A stretch of DNA of 64,000 nucleotides from Sarea resinae (Eukaryota), in NCBI GenBank assembly GCA_026026165.1, contig JAPEUD010000041.1:124001-188000 (forward strand), in the 5' to 3' direction. Below are positions 52,114 through 64,000 of this stretch, in pieces. The position numbers were made by a program, and so were the translations under genes. Position 1 is the stretch's first letter. The number at the start of each line of letters is the position of its first letter. The notes under the pieces are model-generated. The model worked only from the letters and a program-made list of their open reading frames with translations. It was not told where the DNA came from and did not search any database.

Positions 52114-52424
52114 GAGGGCATGACATTGAACGAAGGAGGCTCGATGGACGGCTCGGCTCGACCGGCTCACGATGTTGATGCGGCCTTTCTTGATTCTTTC
52201 GACTTTGAGACAATCCGTTTCGACTGTGAATTTCATTCAAAATATTACATGGGTATCTATCTTCTCGCTCCGGCTTTTCCTATCTTCAGGCAGGGCAATG
52301 GATGGTATGGCGCCTGGATAGACGAATGGATAGGCAATCACTGGCTGGGGCTATCGGGGCTAGGGCTAGAGACCAGTGCATACGGCATACGGGGCTTACG
52401 GTTTATTACATTCGTGACGATTAC

Positions 52425-52490
52425 TCGGGTTCGGGTTCGGGTTCGGGATTGCAATCGGAATCGGGATCGGAATCGGAGTGGCAATCGGAA
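52425..52490. repeat. Hexamer repeats (TCGGGT)n/(TCGGAA)n in the PUF gene 3' region
   Basis: Read directly. Confidence 0.85.
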
Positions 52491-52869
52491 TATATGGGAA
52501 TGTTTTATCGGAGGGGTTTCTTTCTTTCTTTCTTCGGTTCAGTTGGCCTGTACCTGTGTTCGGTTTGCACAAAACAAAAAGTTCATACACTAAGAGGGGA
52601 TGGATGGGATGGGTCAAGGTAGACATTGGCTGGGCAGGACTAGCTAGATACGGTTGGGGAGGGAAGGTAATTCGAGGGCAGGGAAATGATACAGGTGGGA
52701 TAGGGGGGATGGGGGGAAATAAGGTCGCTCGGGTCAGGGTCCGGTTCAGGGTCAGATTTCAGGTTCCTCTGCGGCAGGGCGGGCTTCGATAGCGTAACCG
52801 ACATAAAATTATTAGCTTCACGAGGATACCAATATCAATACACCTTCTTTCTTCCTTTGGCTCTCTTCT

Positions 52870-53220
52870 CGACAGCATACTATACTATCCTATCCTATCC
52901 TATAGTATAGGTAGCTGTCAGACCGCCTTCTAGACTTCTAGCTACCTTACAGTATAGTAGGCCTAAGAACCGCGAAGAGCTGGGTTTGAGAATACTGCGG
53001 TGTCACTAAGGAGCGCGTGTCTATAGAACGAGATTCAAGTTGATCATCATAAAGTTAATAATCATTACTAGAATAATCTATTATTGCTAGTAGGCACTCA
53101 CTCTATAAGGTAGAGATACGAAACACTACCTTGCCTAATTCTCAGTAAATCACTAGGTACCTACCTACCTACTAAGGTAGGTAGGTAGGTAGTGTTGCTA
53201 TATCTCTAGAGATAGAGCTG

Positions 53221-53298
<78 letters not shown>

Positions 53299-53930
53299 TA
53301 TTTATTTATTTATTTATTTTATTAGTGTAAGTAGAGCGCTACATAACATTAACATAGTAAGGTAGGCAGCCTAGGAAGGTAGACAAGCTAGATAAGCTAG
53401 TAGACGTTCTAGATAGTAGTACCTTTTTTTAGATAGATAAATAGATAGATAGATAGATCTATAGAGTGTATAGAAGTAGGTTTACCTACCTTGTTTACTA
53501 GACCTTAGTTTACTAGACCTTAGTTTACTAGACCTTACTACATAGAGTATATAAGAGTAGACTAATGAAGAAAGAAAACTAAACAGCTAATCAACTAGAA
53601 CACTAGAACACTAGAACTTGTTCCAGTAGATAAAGAGACTACCTTAGCTATAAGGACTAGGTAGTAAACACCTACCTTACCTATCTAAGGTAGGTCAACC
53701 TATTCCTCCTATATGCGTAAAAAAGACTACTATAGCCTATCTTAGGTAGCTTGTCTAGGCTATGCCTATTTGCCTACTGCTATATATAGTGTAGCGCACC
53801 TTATACTAGCAGACTAGAAGAATAAGAGATTAGAAGCTAAGAGTCTATAGATAGACTATCTCTTATAAAGACCTATCTAACAGACAGTTCTACTAGAGTA
53901 TCCCTAATTAATACACTAACATTGGTTAGA
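52870..53930. other. AT-rich, TpA-rich island with RIP-like composition
   Basis: Dense CTAG/TATA/TAG, visibly few CA/TG, no ORF of 60 aa or more within it. Contains GTTTACTAGACCTTA x3 (53493-53537) and (TAGA)n. Confidence 0.7.
53219..53320. repeat. Interrupted (CT)n microsatellite followed by (TTTA)n
   Basis: Read directly. Confidence 0.97.
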
Positions 53931-53956
53931 GGAGAGAGAGTGAGAGTGAAGTGAAT

Positions 53957-54059
<103 letters not shown>

Positions 54060-54583
54060 AAGGAATAAGAAGCAGCGAGAATACTACCGCAACACGACAC
54101 CCCCCTCGCCAGCCAGACAGCCAGCCAGACACCAAACCAAACCTCAACCAACCCAAACCAAACCGAGCAGATTCTCGAAAAGAAATGTGTAAAGTGATCA
54201 AGTGGATTTCCATGATTAAAATACATACATGCACAAGAGAAACTCCGTCCGTGCCACCCAAATGACCGACCGACCACTCCGTAGGCTAGGCTCGATAGGT
54301 AGGTAGGTAGGAAGGAAGGTAGGTGAGATTTGAAAGCTCCCGCTCCACCCCTCCCCGTCCCGTCCGTGTCGTTTCACTCCGTACCCAAATCCCTTCTGCC
54401 ATGCATCCATCTGTCCATCCATATGCATCATACGTACATACATCGACAGATACATCGACAGATAAATCGACGAAGAAGGCCCTACTCCAGAATCCAGATA
54501 GAGTACAAACAAAGCCCGACCTAACTAGCTAGCTAGCTTGCTACTCAGGACCGATCGCTCAAAAACTTTTAACTTTTTCCCCC

Positions 54584-57500
54584 TTACGCCCAGCGACTGA
54601 AATCATATCCGTCGGCAATACTACTCTCTTCGCCGCTGCCACCGCCCGTCTCCGTCTCTGTTGCCGACGAGAACAAACTACTGCGGTGACTCGTGCTCTC
54701 GCTCATAAACGTCGCCGCGCTCGCTCTCCGCGTGATGATGGACGAGCTCTCCCGCGACCCGGGCACGCCAAACGTCCCCACGGACGCATGACCCGGCATG
54801 ACGCCAACGATACCTCCGCCTCCAACACCAAAGGTGCCGACGCTGCCGTGGCCGCTTTGCGGTGGCGTGGGCGAGCCGCGGATAGAAGCTGCTGGCGCCA
54901 GATTCGCAGACGAGGACAGGTTCTTGTCGCGCAATTGGACGATAGCCCGCAGCCGGTTGCGCCACGACGAAACATTCTCGCCTCCTTCACGATGAGCCCA
55001 GACCGAGGAAAAGACAGATGCATTGAGAGCGACTTGACGGACAAAGTTGGGCAGGGACTTTCCACTGATCATCTTCGTCTCTGCGGCCGGCGAGATCTCG
55101 GGGAAGCCTGGTTTGCTCATGACTTGGACCTTGTAGAACCGTTTGGAGCTGTCTCTGAGCAAAGGATGGAGGCGAGTCTCGACGAACGAAGCGCGAGATT
55201 CAGGGGTGACGACGATGTTGACATAGTTGAAATCCGACGGAAAAGTGTCAAAGCGAAAAGGACGGCCGGAGTCGTTGAAGATGATGTTGACGAAATCGTT
55301 GCCGGTGTGACGTTTCTTGTTGATGCATTGCGGATCGTGGTCGAGATTGGTCGGCATCATCGTCGTGACGTGAAAGATCATCTCGGTGACTCGGTCACGC
55401 CAGCAAAAGGCAAATTCGCCGTCTGTATCGTATTCCCGATCAAGCCCTTGCGTGTTGAACTTGGCCCCTTTGAGTCGCGTCAGCGTCCCTAGACCTTCGA
55501 TGAACTCCGTATAATCTGGTGAGCCCATGATATTTGCTAGGATCTCAGATTCTTGAGTTTGCCCTTCTCCAATGTATATGACACCGACTTTATGCCCATC
55601 GACAGTGGAATTCTTGTCAAAGGTACTGATGGCACGCTTCGTGGCATCATCGTCCGGTAGAGGGATAGGCTGAACTCCCGGTGTAAAGCCGGTAGCCGAC
55701 GCTGTCATGGAGAGAAGCATGTTGCTTGGGAGGAAGTTTACTCGCGAAGAGATGCCATTGACTTCCGACTTTGTCTCGGTCGACAGCCTGGTTTGATGAT
55801 GCGGAGGCTTGGCCGTCTGAGGGCGCATGATGAAGTGACTCGTGCCCGATGGCTGCCTCTTGGTGATTTGGGACACACCTGTAGTCACAGCTGTCTCGAC
55901 CGTTACGATACTCAGACCAATGATCCAAGACTTCCTGAAAACCGCCCCATCTGATGGTTTTGCAAAATCAGGGTTCGAAAGCGTCTCGTCACGATCAGAG
56001 AAAGCAACTCTTTGCATCATATCCAAAGTGACCCGACTCTGTTCCTCAATCACTTCTTTTCCTTCTCTATCGCCGGATACCAAATTCTTCGTCATCCAGG
56101 TGATATGCTTTGGGCGGTCTTGGAGCTTGAGTGCCATGAACCAGAAAGTGATGACGTGGAATGCCAGTGCGTAGACGTACTGCGGGAGGTCGTCAGACGT
56201 CTTGAGTACAGTACTGCGCTCTGGTGTTCGAGAATACTCCCGCTGACTCCCACTGTATCTCCCTGACAATTCGCTACTCCGACTCGAAGAAAATTTGTCT
56301 CTTTCTCTTTGGTCTCGCACGTATTGAAGGTACCGAAAGGCTATTCCGAAGACAATCCGAAACTCAGCATCCCGAAAGTTGACGTAAACGTCCGGCAATC
56401 TTGCGAGCCCTGCCAGGAATTCTAGGATATGCACTGATACACGGGCTTGCGTAATGATTTGAGACATCTTCTGTAGAATGTTGTTGAGAGACTTCGCGAT
56501 GGATAAAGGAACTTCGTGGCAGCAGATGGACAACGAATGAATGCAACTCTGTGAGGTCCGATCCCAAGTTCCAATTCCAAGCACAAATGTACGCACAACA
56601 TCATCTTCTTCGCTCTTGGTGAAATGCTCGCGATAGCTTAGCAGCATAGTGATGATATGGTAGATGCACAGAGCCACGTCGGTTTTCTTAAGACCCGTCG
56701 ATGAAGGCGGTTCGTGAAAGCTAGTGAGTTTGATCTGTTCGCACAAGACACTCCTGAGCGTCCTGATCTGTGGGACGGCGTGGTCGAATAGAGAATGATT
56801 GGTGAGCTGAGAGCCAAGGTGAACAAGCACGTAGCTATACAGTTCCCAGTCCGCCCCATTCTGTAAGATTGAGATGATGACATCGAGCCAACGATTCATC
56901 GATAGGACCGCCTTCTCTTCGCTCGCACCATCCTGAGAGGAGCCTGGCGGACCCTCAGAGGAGGAGACGAGGTGGCTTGCGGTGGCGGGAGGCTCAGCAG
57001 GCAAATCGTTGGTATTAGGATACATCCATAGAGGGCGGCTTGGTTTCTGGATATGACTCGTTCCACTAGCAGAGCGTGTGCTGGATCTAGATAGATATGA
57101 TTGCGGATGCCCAATCGAAGTACTTCGACTTGTACGCGTCGAGCTGGGTTCTTCTCCCGCAGGCGTTCGAGCGCGGCCGAGATCCTCGTTCAGCTCACGA
57201 CTGAATGCGGATTCGACCGTGCGACACAATGAGACAGCTACTGATTCGCTCTCTGTAGATGGGATCACCAAGATTGAATGGTTCGAATCGCTACGCAAAC
57301 GAAATAGCAGTTTCATGACCGCAAGCCGAGCATCCGTCTCAATGTTATCAGCCCTGGCGATATCCAGCAGCACGTCATAAGATTTCCTGGTCTTGACTGC
57401 CGACTTATTGAGAGATAGGATAAATATCTGGACAAGGCCCCGTGTAGTTACACCTGCCGGAGACTCTGATGTCTCAGAGAGCGCCGAAGACGGGGGCCTG

Positions 57501-59518
57501 GAGATCGGGGAGAGCGACTTGAAACCTAATGGGGACGATTTGTCCCTGGCATGGGTGGTCGAAGCACAGTCAAAAAGCGAAGTAAGGACCTGATCGAAGA
57601 GTTCAGCCCCGGCATCAATGGCGATCACGACGGCAAAGTTTGTCAAAGCCTCGAGGATTAAGACATTGGCTTCGCTGCGGATCGTGCCCATGACAGAGGT
57701 GACAAAATCCGTAATCACTTTCTCCGTGCTTACGCAACTGACAGTGGAATACGCTTCCCTGAGGGCTGATAAGAAAAGCAGCCTGAGAGAGACGGGCCGA
57801 TTGGAATTCTTCAGGATGACCTCGATGAGGCGCTTCGAATCGCCCAACCATCTCGCGTGTGATGGATAGAAAAGATTCTCATCCCGGTAGTAGTTGACGA
57901 GTATTTCAGCGCATGTATCCGGAAGGTGGTCAGGGACCAACATGAAGAAATCAATGACGGACTTCTGATGGTACGCATCGAGTCTGCTGAAAAGTAGCGC
58001 TAGCTGATTGATGACGTGCAAGAAGCTTCGACTAGAGCTCATGATCAACGGATTATCTCTACTGCCCTTGGATGAAGTCTTGAGGGCCTGAGTGGCATAA
58101 GGATCCTTGATTCGTCGTGAGCCTCCGCTCAGCCTTCTCGAGCAATGAGCCAAGATGCTGAGAAGAACTCCCCATGGTTCTTCTATGATCGAGTCCACGA
58201 TTTCTGAGGTGTCGAAAAGAGAGATGATAGCATTCATGATGTCAATCTCGAGACGCGGGCTGTCTGCCGCAAGAGATTTGTGCAGAGCATCGATGAAATC
58301 CGTGAAAAGAATATTGGGGATCCCATTCTTGCCCTGGTTTTGAACTACTTTCTGAAGGATATGGACTGCCCCACGAACACTGTTGAGGTTCCTCTCACGT
58401 TGGTCGGACGCTTTTCTGAGTATACTCAAAAGGACGTTGATAGCCTCATGGCCCACATGCGACTTGAGCAAATTATTGATGGCCGTCCACGTTGGCTCCA
58501 TGAAAGACTTGAGCTGGCAATAGATGCCGCAGAGAACTTCGATGCATGGTTGCAAGGCTGGCCGCGGAATGTACGCATAGGTAGTCGTCGTATCGATGAG
58601 TTCGATTGAGTTCTTGATATCAATCTCTGCTGTCGTGTTTCGGCAGATGGAAAGGACTTGTTCCAACAGGCCGATAATGTCCTCTTCTTTGAACGCCTTG
58701 AAGTTGAATTTGACGATGACGGTGACGAATTCAAAAAGATGTTTCAGTTCCTCCTCCTTGCCATTTCCTTTCGCCACCTTCTCCTTCTTGGCAGCGCGAG
58801 CCGCCGAAGCCTGTTGAAATCGATCTCTGAGCCAACGCGTCAGCACCGGAATCGTTGATGTCTCGAATGCATCTAGGTTTCTCCCATTGCTGGTCAGCTC
58901 TATGAATGCCGCCAATTGGAATTGGAAGTCTTCCGGGTCATTGAGCGCGGAGATCTCGTCGAAGAAATGTCTCCTCTCCAATGGGCTCAGGTCGGAGTAT
59001 TTGACTGATGCCGTAAGCAGATCAAACGCGGCTTTGCGGACCTCGTCAGGATGGCCCGGATGGATAAGATCCTTGACTGCCGACCATATTCCTGAGACAT
59101 TCTTTATTGGATAGACCTCGAGCACTTGAAGGGCTGTCTCGGCAGCTGATACTCTCGTGGATAGAGGCGATCCAGGCTGGAGTTGTGACAGTAACTCGTC
59201 GAAATCCGGCGGTCCACCCACAACCTGACCTCCCGGCAGTGCTCCACCGACGGCCGCATCCCTACTCAGGGTTCTCGACAGTGATGCATGTGCGGAAGTG
59301 ACGCTTACCGACGCAATGGGCGATGGAGGAACCGAAGGCTTCAGCCGACCAGCGGTCAGATTCTTGAACACGCCTGCTAAGCCAGAAGCACTGCCTCTTG
59401 GTTCCGGGGTGTGCGGGCCATCATCGGATTGTGGAGGCATATGCCCGGCCGAGGCTGGCGCAACTGATAGCAGCGGTGGTAGGCTTTGCCGTCTACCTAG
59501 AGAGGATGGTCGATCCAT
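54584..59518 (-). CDS. TSC2: Tuberin (TSC2), Rheb GTPase-activating protein
   Basis: Long ORF with helical N-terminus, DWELYSYVLVHL, VHILEFLAGLARLP and a Rap-GAP domain (HKVGVIYIG, IFHVTTMMP, KKRHTGNDFVNIIFN). Start is at 59518 or the downstream MPPQ ATG. Confidence 0.93.
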   Translation of the reverse strand: MDRPSSLGRRQSLPPLLSVAPASAGHMPPQSDDGPHTPEPRGSASGLAGVFKNLTAGRLKPSVPPSPIASVSVTSAHASLSRTLSRDAAVGGALPGGQVVGGPPDFDELLSQLQPGSPLSTRVSAAETALQVLEVYPIKNVSGIWSAVKDLIHPGHPDEVRKAAFDLLTASVKYSDLSPLERRHFFDEISALNDPEDFQFQLAAFIELTSNGRNLDAFETSTIPVLTRWLRDRFQQASAARAAKKEKVAKGNGKEEELKHLFEFVTVIVKFNFKAFKEEDIIGLLEQVLSICRNTTAEIDIKNSIELIDTTTTYAYIPRPALQPCIEVLCGIYCQLKSFMEPTWTAINNLLKSHVGHEAINVLLSILRKASDQRERNLNSVRGAVHILQKVVQNQGKNGIPNILFTDFIDALHKSLAADSPRLEIDIMNAIISLFDTSEIVDSIIEEPWGVLLSILAHCSRRLSGGSRRIKDPYATQALKTSSKGSRDNPLIMSSSRSFLHVINQLALLFSRLDAYHQKSVIDFFMLVPDHLPDTCAEILVNYYRDENLFYPSHARWLGDSKRLIEVILKNSNRPVSLRLLFLSALREAYSTVSCVSTEKVITDFVTSVMGTIRSEANVLILEALTNFAVVIAIDAGAELFDQVLTSLFDCASTTHARDKSSPLGFKSLSPISRPPSSALSETSESPAGVTTRGLVQIFILSLNKSAVKTRKSYDVLLDIARADNIETDARLAVMKLLFRLRSDSNHSILVIPSTESESVAVSLCRTVESAFSRELNEDLGRARTPAGEEPSSTRTSRSTSIGHPQSYLSRSSTRSASGTSHIQKPSRPLWMYPNTNDLPAEPPATASHLVSSSEGPPGSSQDGASEEKAVLSMNRWLDVIISILQNGADWELYSYVLVHLGSQLTNHSLFDHAVPQIRTLRSVLCEQIKLTSFHEPPSSTGLKKTDVALCIYHIITMLLSYREHFTKSEEDDVVRTFVLGIGTWDRTSQSCIHSLSICCHEVPLSIAKSLNNILQKMSQIITQARVSVHILEFLAGLARLPDVYVNFRDAEFRIVFGIAFRYLQYVRDQRERDKFSSSRSSELSGRYSGSQREYSRTPERSTVLKTSDDLPQYVYALAFHVITFWFMALKLQDRPKHITWMTKNLVSGDREGKEVIEEQSRVTLDMMQRVAFSDRDETLSNPDFAKPSDGAVFRKSWIIGLSIVTVETAVTTGVSQITKRQPSGTSHFIMRPQTAKPPHHQTRLSTETKSEVNGISSRVNFLPSNMLLSMTASATGFTPGVQPIPLPDDDATKRAISTFDKNSTVDGHKVGVIYIGEGQTQESEILANIMGSPDYTEFIEGLGTLTRLKGAKFNTQGLDREYDTDGEFAFCWRDRVTEMIFHVTTMMPTNLDHDPQCINKKRHTGNDFVNIIFNDSGRPFRFDTFPSDFNYVNIVVTPESRASFVETRLHPLLRDSSKRFYKVQVMSKPGFPEISPAAETKMISGKSLPNFVRQVALNASVFSSVWAHREGGENVSSWRNRLRAIVQLRDKNLSSSANLAPAASIRGSPTPPQSGHGSVGTFGVGGGGIVGVMPGHASVGTFGVPGSRESSSIITRRASAATFMSESTSHRSSLFSSATETETGGGSGEESSIADGYDFSRWA

Positions 59519-60012
59519 GATTAGCCTCGAATCAATCGCAAAGAGCCCGTCAAGCTGCCGTATGAAGGACCAGAGCGGGTAGGCAGGCAAGGAAGAGAAT
59601 GTTCATGAGGGATTCCCAGCGGTAGGAGTGAGGCCCACGATAGCCATGATGATGTTTGAGAAGTTCTGCTTCACGAGGGTAGAGGTTGAGATGCACGACC
59701 ATTTCGACTTACCCGATTGGATTCCTGTCTTCTACATGAGGCCACCGAGGGCGAGGCTCGGCGTGCGGCCGTGTGCGTGCTGGTTCCGTGAGACCAGATG
59801 TCGGTCAGAAAAACATTCGGGCTCGACTCCAGAGTTTTGTTCTTCCAGCAAGATGGCAGTGATGATAGCGGGGCGACAATGGAGTTTCAGGCGGATGAGA
59901 AGATGTCGAGATGCAGCGGGCGACGGCGAGGCATGAGTGGAGGGGTAAATGATGCAGGACTTTTCGATATACGCAGCCGTCGGAGTGGGTAGGTGTTGGT
60001 AGGTGAAGTGAC

Positions 60013-60079
60013 ACAGGCACCGGACAGGCACCGGGACAGGCACCGGACAGGCACAGGCACAGGCACAGACAGGCACAGG
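60013..60079. repeat. Imperfect ACAGGC(ACCGG) tandem repeat in the TSC2-CSE1 divergent region
   Basis: Read directly. Confidence 0.85.
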
Positions 60080-61196
60080 GAGTGCCCACTCGCGGTCGGC
60101 AAGGCAAGGTCCAGGGACGGTCAGGTAAGGCAAGGGAAGGTGAGGTGAGGTACGCAGCAAGGCAAGGTAGAGTAAGCTCAGGGCTGGCGGGCAGAAGGTG
60201 ACTGGAACGAAAAAGGTGTGTCGTGCAGCTGATGCGAGCAGCGGTTTTAATATTGATCCATGCCCAGGTGGTTTGCGACGGCCGCACCGGACAGGACTAC
60301 TGTGGAGTACTTGCTATCGCGCCGAGTTTGACGGGCGCTGGAGGTATCGCCGTATTTCGGTCAAGTAACCCTGTACAGTCAGGACGGCAGACAGACGGGG
60401 CCGTGAGCGTTATCATCCATCGGCTAGCCCTGGAGATCATAAGGGAGGGAGCAGAGACGCCGTGGACCATTTTCCCTTTTCGCTTTTCGCTTTTCCCTTT
60501 TCCGTTTTCCCTTTGCCAGTGCTGCGTACTAGGTAACATACTCTGTAGTAGTGTCTGTATTACTCCTGTCCGCACACCAATCCCAATCGAACCGCGTCTA
60601 ACCCTTTTCCCCTTGACCTTCCGTTCTAGTCGACGCGGTACGTGGGGGTGGAGCGAGGGGCCACACGGCCACAGGGCCACTGGGCCCCAGGGAACTGGTG
60701 GGAGTACTCCGTAGTGGGAGTTGGCCGTGCTCTGGACTCTCTCACGTCCTCTGCAGTGCACACCACCACCACGCCTTCTTGGATCATTGGATGGTTTGAC
60801 CTCCAGCTGAGACTTCCCATTGCTTACCTAAGCTCGCACGGCAATCTCCATCCCTTTCGGTACGGAGCGCGCAGCAAGCCAAGGGCGCGGGAGGGAAGGC
60901 CCCAGGAAATTACGGAGTAGTGCATTACGGTGACCGTAGTGGGGCACCGCAGCAACTGTTGCACTTCGTAATGGTCGTAGCGCCTGGAGCTCTACTCCAG
61001 AGTATTGATCCCGTCGCTTCACCACTGTTTGTTTGCTGCGTCGCTCGCCAGACAGAGAGAGCTATATCAAACATCCATACGGCAGATTCGTCCATCGCAG
61101 ATCGATCCGAACAGACCCAGCACATCTCCCTCGAACCCCTACCATCCTGCCGATTCAATCCCACCCCGCCGTCTTCCTCTCGAAGCTGCCTTCATC

Positions 61197-64000
61197 ATGG
61201 CCGCCAACTTACAGGCCGTCGCTCAGCTTCTGGAGGCCAGTCTCGATCCCCGCCAAAACAAGCAAGGTATGTTCCGCCGCCCGTCGACAGCTCTATGCCG
61301 CCGGCATGGTTGCTGCTGCTTCGGCAACCAGTGCTGGTCTATCTACTTCCGTCATGCCGCCGCTGACTCCCTCTAGCTGAGATCGCATTACTGCAAGAAG
61401 AGAAGAAGGCAGGCTTCTCACTGTCGCTCTTACAAATCGTTGCCTCGAGCGCATATCCATACACAACCCGTCTGGCGAGTGCACTCTGCTTCAAGAACTT
61501 TATAAGGCGGAATTGGACCGTGAGTTGATCCGTCGCTTCAGAAAGGTTTCTGGGTCTCAGACTGATCTGCCTTAGGACGAAGAAGGAAACTACAAGCTGC
61601 CGGCGACTGAAGTCCTCGCCATCAAACAAGAGCTCATTGGACTCATGATCTCGGTGCCTCCGGGCATCCAATCACAGCTCGGGGATGCCATCAGTATCAT
61701 AGCAGACAGCGACTTTTGGCAACGATGGGATACACTCGTTGATGTAGGTGCCGCGGCCGTGGAAGCAATGCGGAGTTTGTAGACATCATCTGACAGAGTC
61801 TAGGACCTGGTCTCTAGGTTAACGATAGACAACCCTGTGGTCAACAACGGCGTCCTGCAGGTGGCCCACTCAATCTTCAAGCGATGGCGACCGCTTTTCA
61901 GGTCTGATGATCTTTACACCGAGATTAATCATGTCCTCAGCAAATTTGGCCACGCGTTTGTGGAGCTCTTCATCGTGAGTGAAATCTATTACCTGCTCAA
62001 GTCATCCCGTCGCCCATTTGCTCTAACACATGAGTACTCAAGAATACAGACAGCCTTATCGAGAAGAACAAGTCCAACAAAGCCGTTCTCCAACAGCTTT
62101 TCGCAAACCTGGATCTTATCATAAAGCTCTTCTACGACTTGTCTTGTCAAGACCTTCCGCCAATCTTCGAGGAGAATTTATCTGATATAGCTCAGCTCCT
62201 ACACAAATATCTCATCTACGACAATCCACTTCTACGTACCGATGACGACAGTGAATCCGGCCCGCTTGAGTTTACCAAGGCTGGGATCTGCGAAGTGCTG
62301 GTCCTTTACGTTCAAAAATATGAAGACGCCATTGGCGTCCATCTCGGCCAATTCATCGAAAGTAGTTGGACTCTTCTCACAACGATTGGTGAAGAGACCA
62401 AGTACGATATTCTCGTCAGCAAGGCTCTACAATTCTTAACAGCTGTCGCACACATCCAGACACACGCGCAGGGTTTCAACAATGAAGCGACGCTGGGCCA
62501 AGTGGTCGAGAAAGTCATATTGCCCAACCTCAGTCTTCGGGAATCGGACCTTGAGATGTTCGAGGATGAGCCGATCGAGTTCATTCGGCGGGACTTGGAA
62601 GGCTCCGACAGCGACACACGAAGACGAGCGGCCACGGATTTCTTGAGGCAATTGATGGAGCAGTTTGAGAAATTAGTCACCGAGGTCGTTTTTCGCTACA
62701 TCGATCACTATCTGGCCGACTATGCAAAGGATTCTAAGAGCAACTGGAAGTCAAAGGATACTGCCGTGTATTTATTTTCTTCCATTGCTGCCAAGGGTGG
62801 AGCTACCACTAGCCAGGGGGTGAAAACCACGAATTCCTACGTCAATGTCGTGGATTTCTTCCAGAAGAACATCGCCAGCGATCTTGTCGGAGATAGTGGA
62901 GTTGAGCCCATTCTCGAAGTCGATGCCATCAAATACCTCTACAATTTCCGAACTTTACTGACCAAACAGCAATGGCATGATGCCTTCCCTCTCCTCATCA
63001 GGCACCTAGCATCTTCAAACTATGTTGTCTATACTTATACCGCTATCGCTGTTGAGCGGGCACTATACCTTAGCAGCGACAGTCGGGAACCCATATTTTC
63101 TCAAGCCGATGTCTTACCCTTGGCAAAAGATCTGCTGGAGCATCTCTTGCAGCTTATCGAGAAAGACAAGGCTCCGGAAAAAATCCAAGAGAATGAATTC
63201 TTGATGAAGTGCGTGATGAGAGTGCTCATCGTCATCAGAGATGGCATCATCCCTCTGACTGATAACCTGTTGGCACACTTCATCAATATCACCGAGATCA
63301 TAAGTAGCAATCCCAGCAACCCAAGATTCTATTACTTTCATTTCGAAGCGCTAGGGGCTTTGGTGAGGTGAGTACCTGGACATCTTGTTTACTGCGGCCC
63401 ATGTGCTCACGGTTTAGATTTGCTGCTCCTTCACAGCCTGAAAAGCTGGAAAATACCCTCTACGGTCCTTTTGCCTCTATCCTGCAGAATGATGTGCAGG
63501 GTAAGTATCGTGCCGCTTTTCGAGAACTGCGCTGATCGATCTTGCAGAATTTATGCCATATGTCTTTCAACTTTTCGCCGCCTTACTCGAAGCTAACCCT
63601 TCTGCCTCTTTATCCGAATATTACAAGTCCCTTATTTCCCCCATAATAATGCCCGCTCTATGGGACTCACGAGGCAATGTGCCAGCGCTTGTTCGATTGC
63701 TCTCCTCTATCATTCCGCGAGGAGCTGAAGACATTGCCAAAAACAATCAGATCGAGCCCATCCTTGGGATCTTTCAGAAGCTCGTCTCTTCCAAGACACA
63801 TGAAAGCTATGGCTTTGACCTTCTTGAAACGGTGGTTTCTAGTTTCCCTGTGTCAGTTATTCATACACCTTGTGGCATCTGCAAAAGTTAATTCGTCTTT
63901 AGTACTGCTCTCGAGACATACTTCGCACCCATGATCCAGATCATGCTCACTCGGCTGCAGAGCTCAAGGACCGAAAACTTCGCCCTCAAATTTGTTCGGT
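61197..64000 (+). CDS. CSE1: Importin-alpha re-exporter Cse1 (exportin-2), truncated by the window end
   Basis: MAANLQAVAQLLEASLDP, ALCFKNFIRRNW, VAHSIFKRWRPLFRSDDLY, FEDEPIEFIRRDLEGSDSDTRRRAA, ENEFLMKC, NPSNPRFYY. Multiple GT-AG introns. Confidence 0.95.

Noticed and set aside
52425..52765. Telomere-like hexamer repeats
   Set aside because: Units are TCGGGT/TCAGGG-like, short and degenerate, not TTAGGG arrays; treated as ordinary simple repeats.
59519..59590. TTG-initiated N-terminal extension of TSC2
   Set aside because: Artefact of the ORF track using bacterial-style starts; the first in-frame ATG is at 59518.

Overview
Gene-dense stretch of a filamentous ascomycete (Pezizomycotina) nuclear genome, judged from short GT-AG introns with CTRAC/CTAAC branch sites and from gene content. 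Left to right: about 5 kb of decayed, gene-like sequence (1-5170); an atypical SDR; a dolichyl-diphosphatase (CAX4/CWH8); an RWD-RBR E3 ligase (ITT1-like); three divergent BTB/POZ-only genes; MED6; a candidate 73-aa Cys-rich microprotein; ABZ1; a roughly 1,790-aa GHKL-ATPase/DUF3684-like protein with a C-terminal HExxH motif; TRS120; a 739-aa membrane protein of unknown function; GPI13; a small single-pass membrane protein with PY-like motifs; a Pumilio/PUF3-type RNA-binding protein; a TpA-rich RIP-like island; tuberin (TSC2); and the 5' part of CSE1. I found no tRNA, rRNA, CRISPR array or intact transposon. The strongest leads are the BTB cluster (same phase-2 intron position in all three genes), the ATPase-plus-zincin giant protein, a recurrent intergenic TACTCCGTA motif, and the RIP-like island bracketed by inverted (CT)n/(AG)n tracts. 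All family assignments are from motif recognition by eye; no database search was run.
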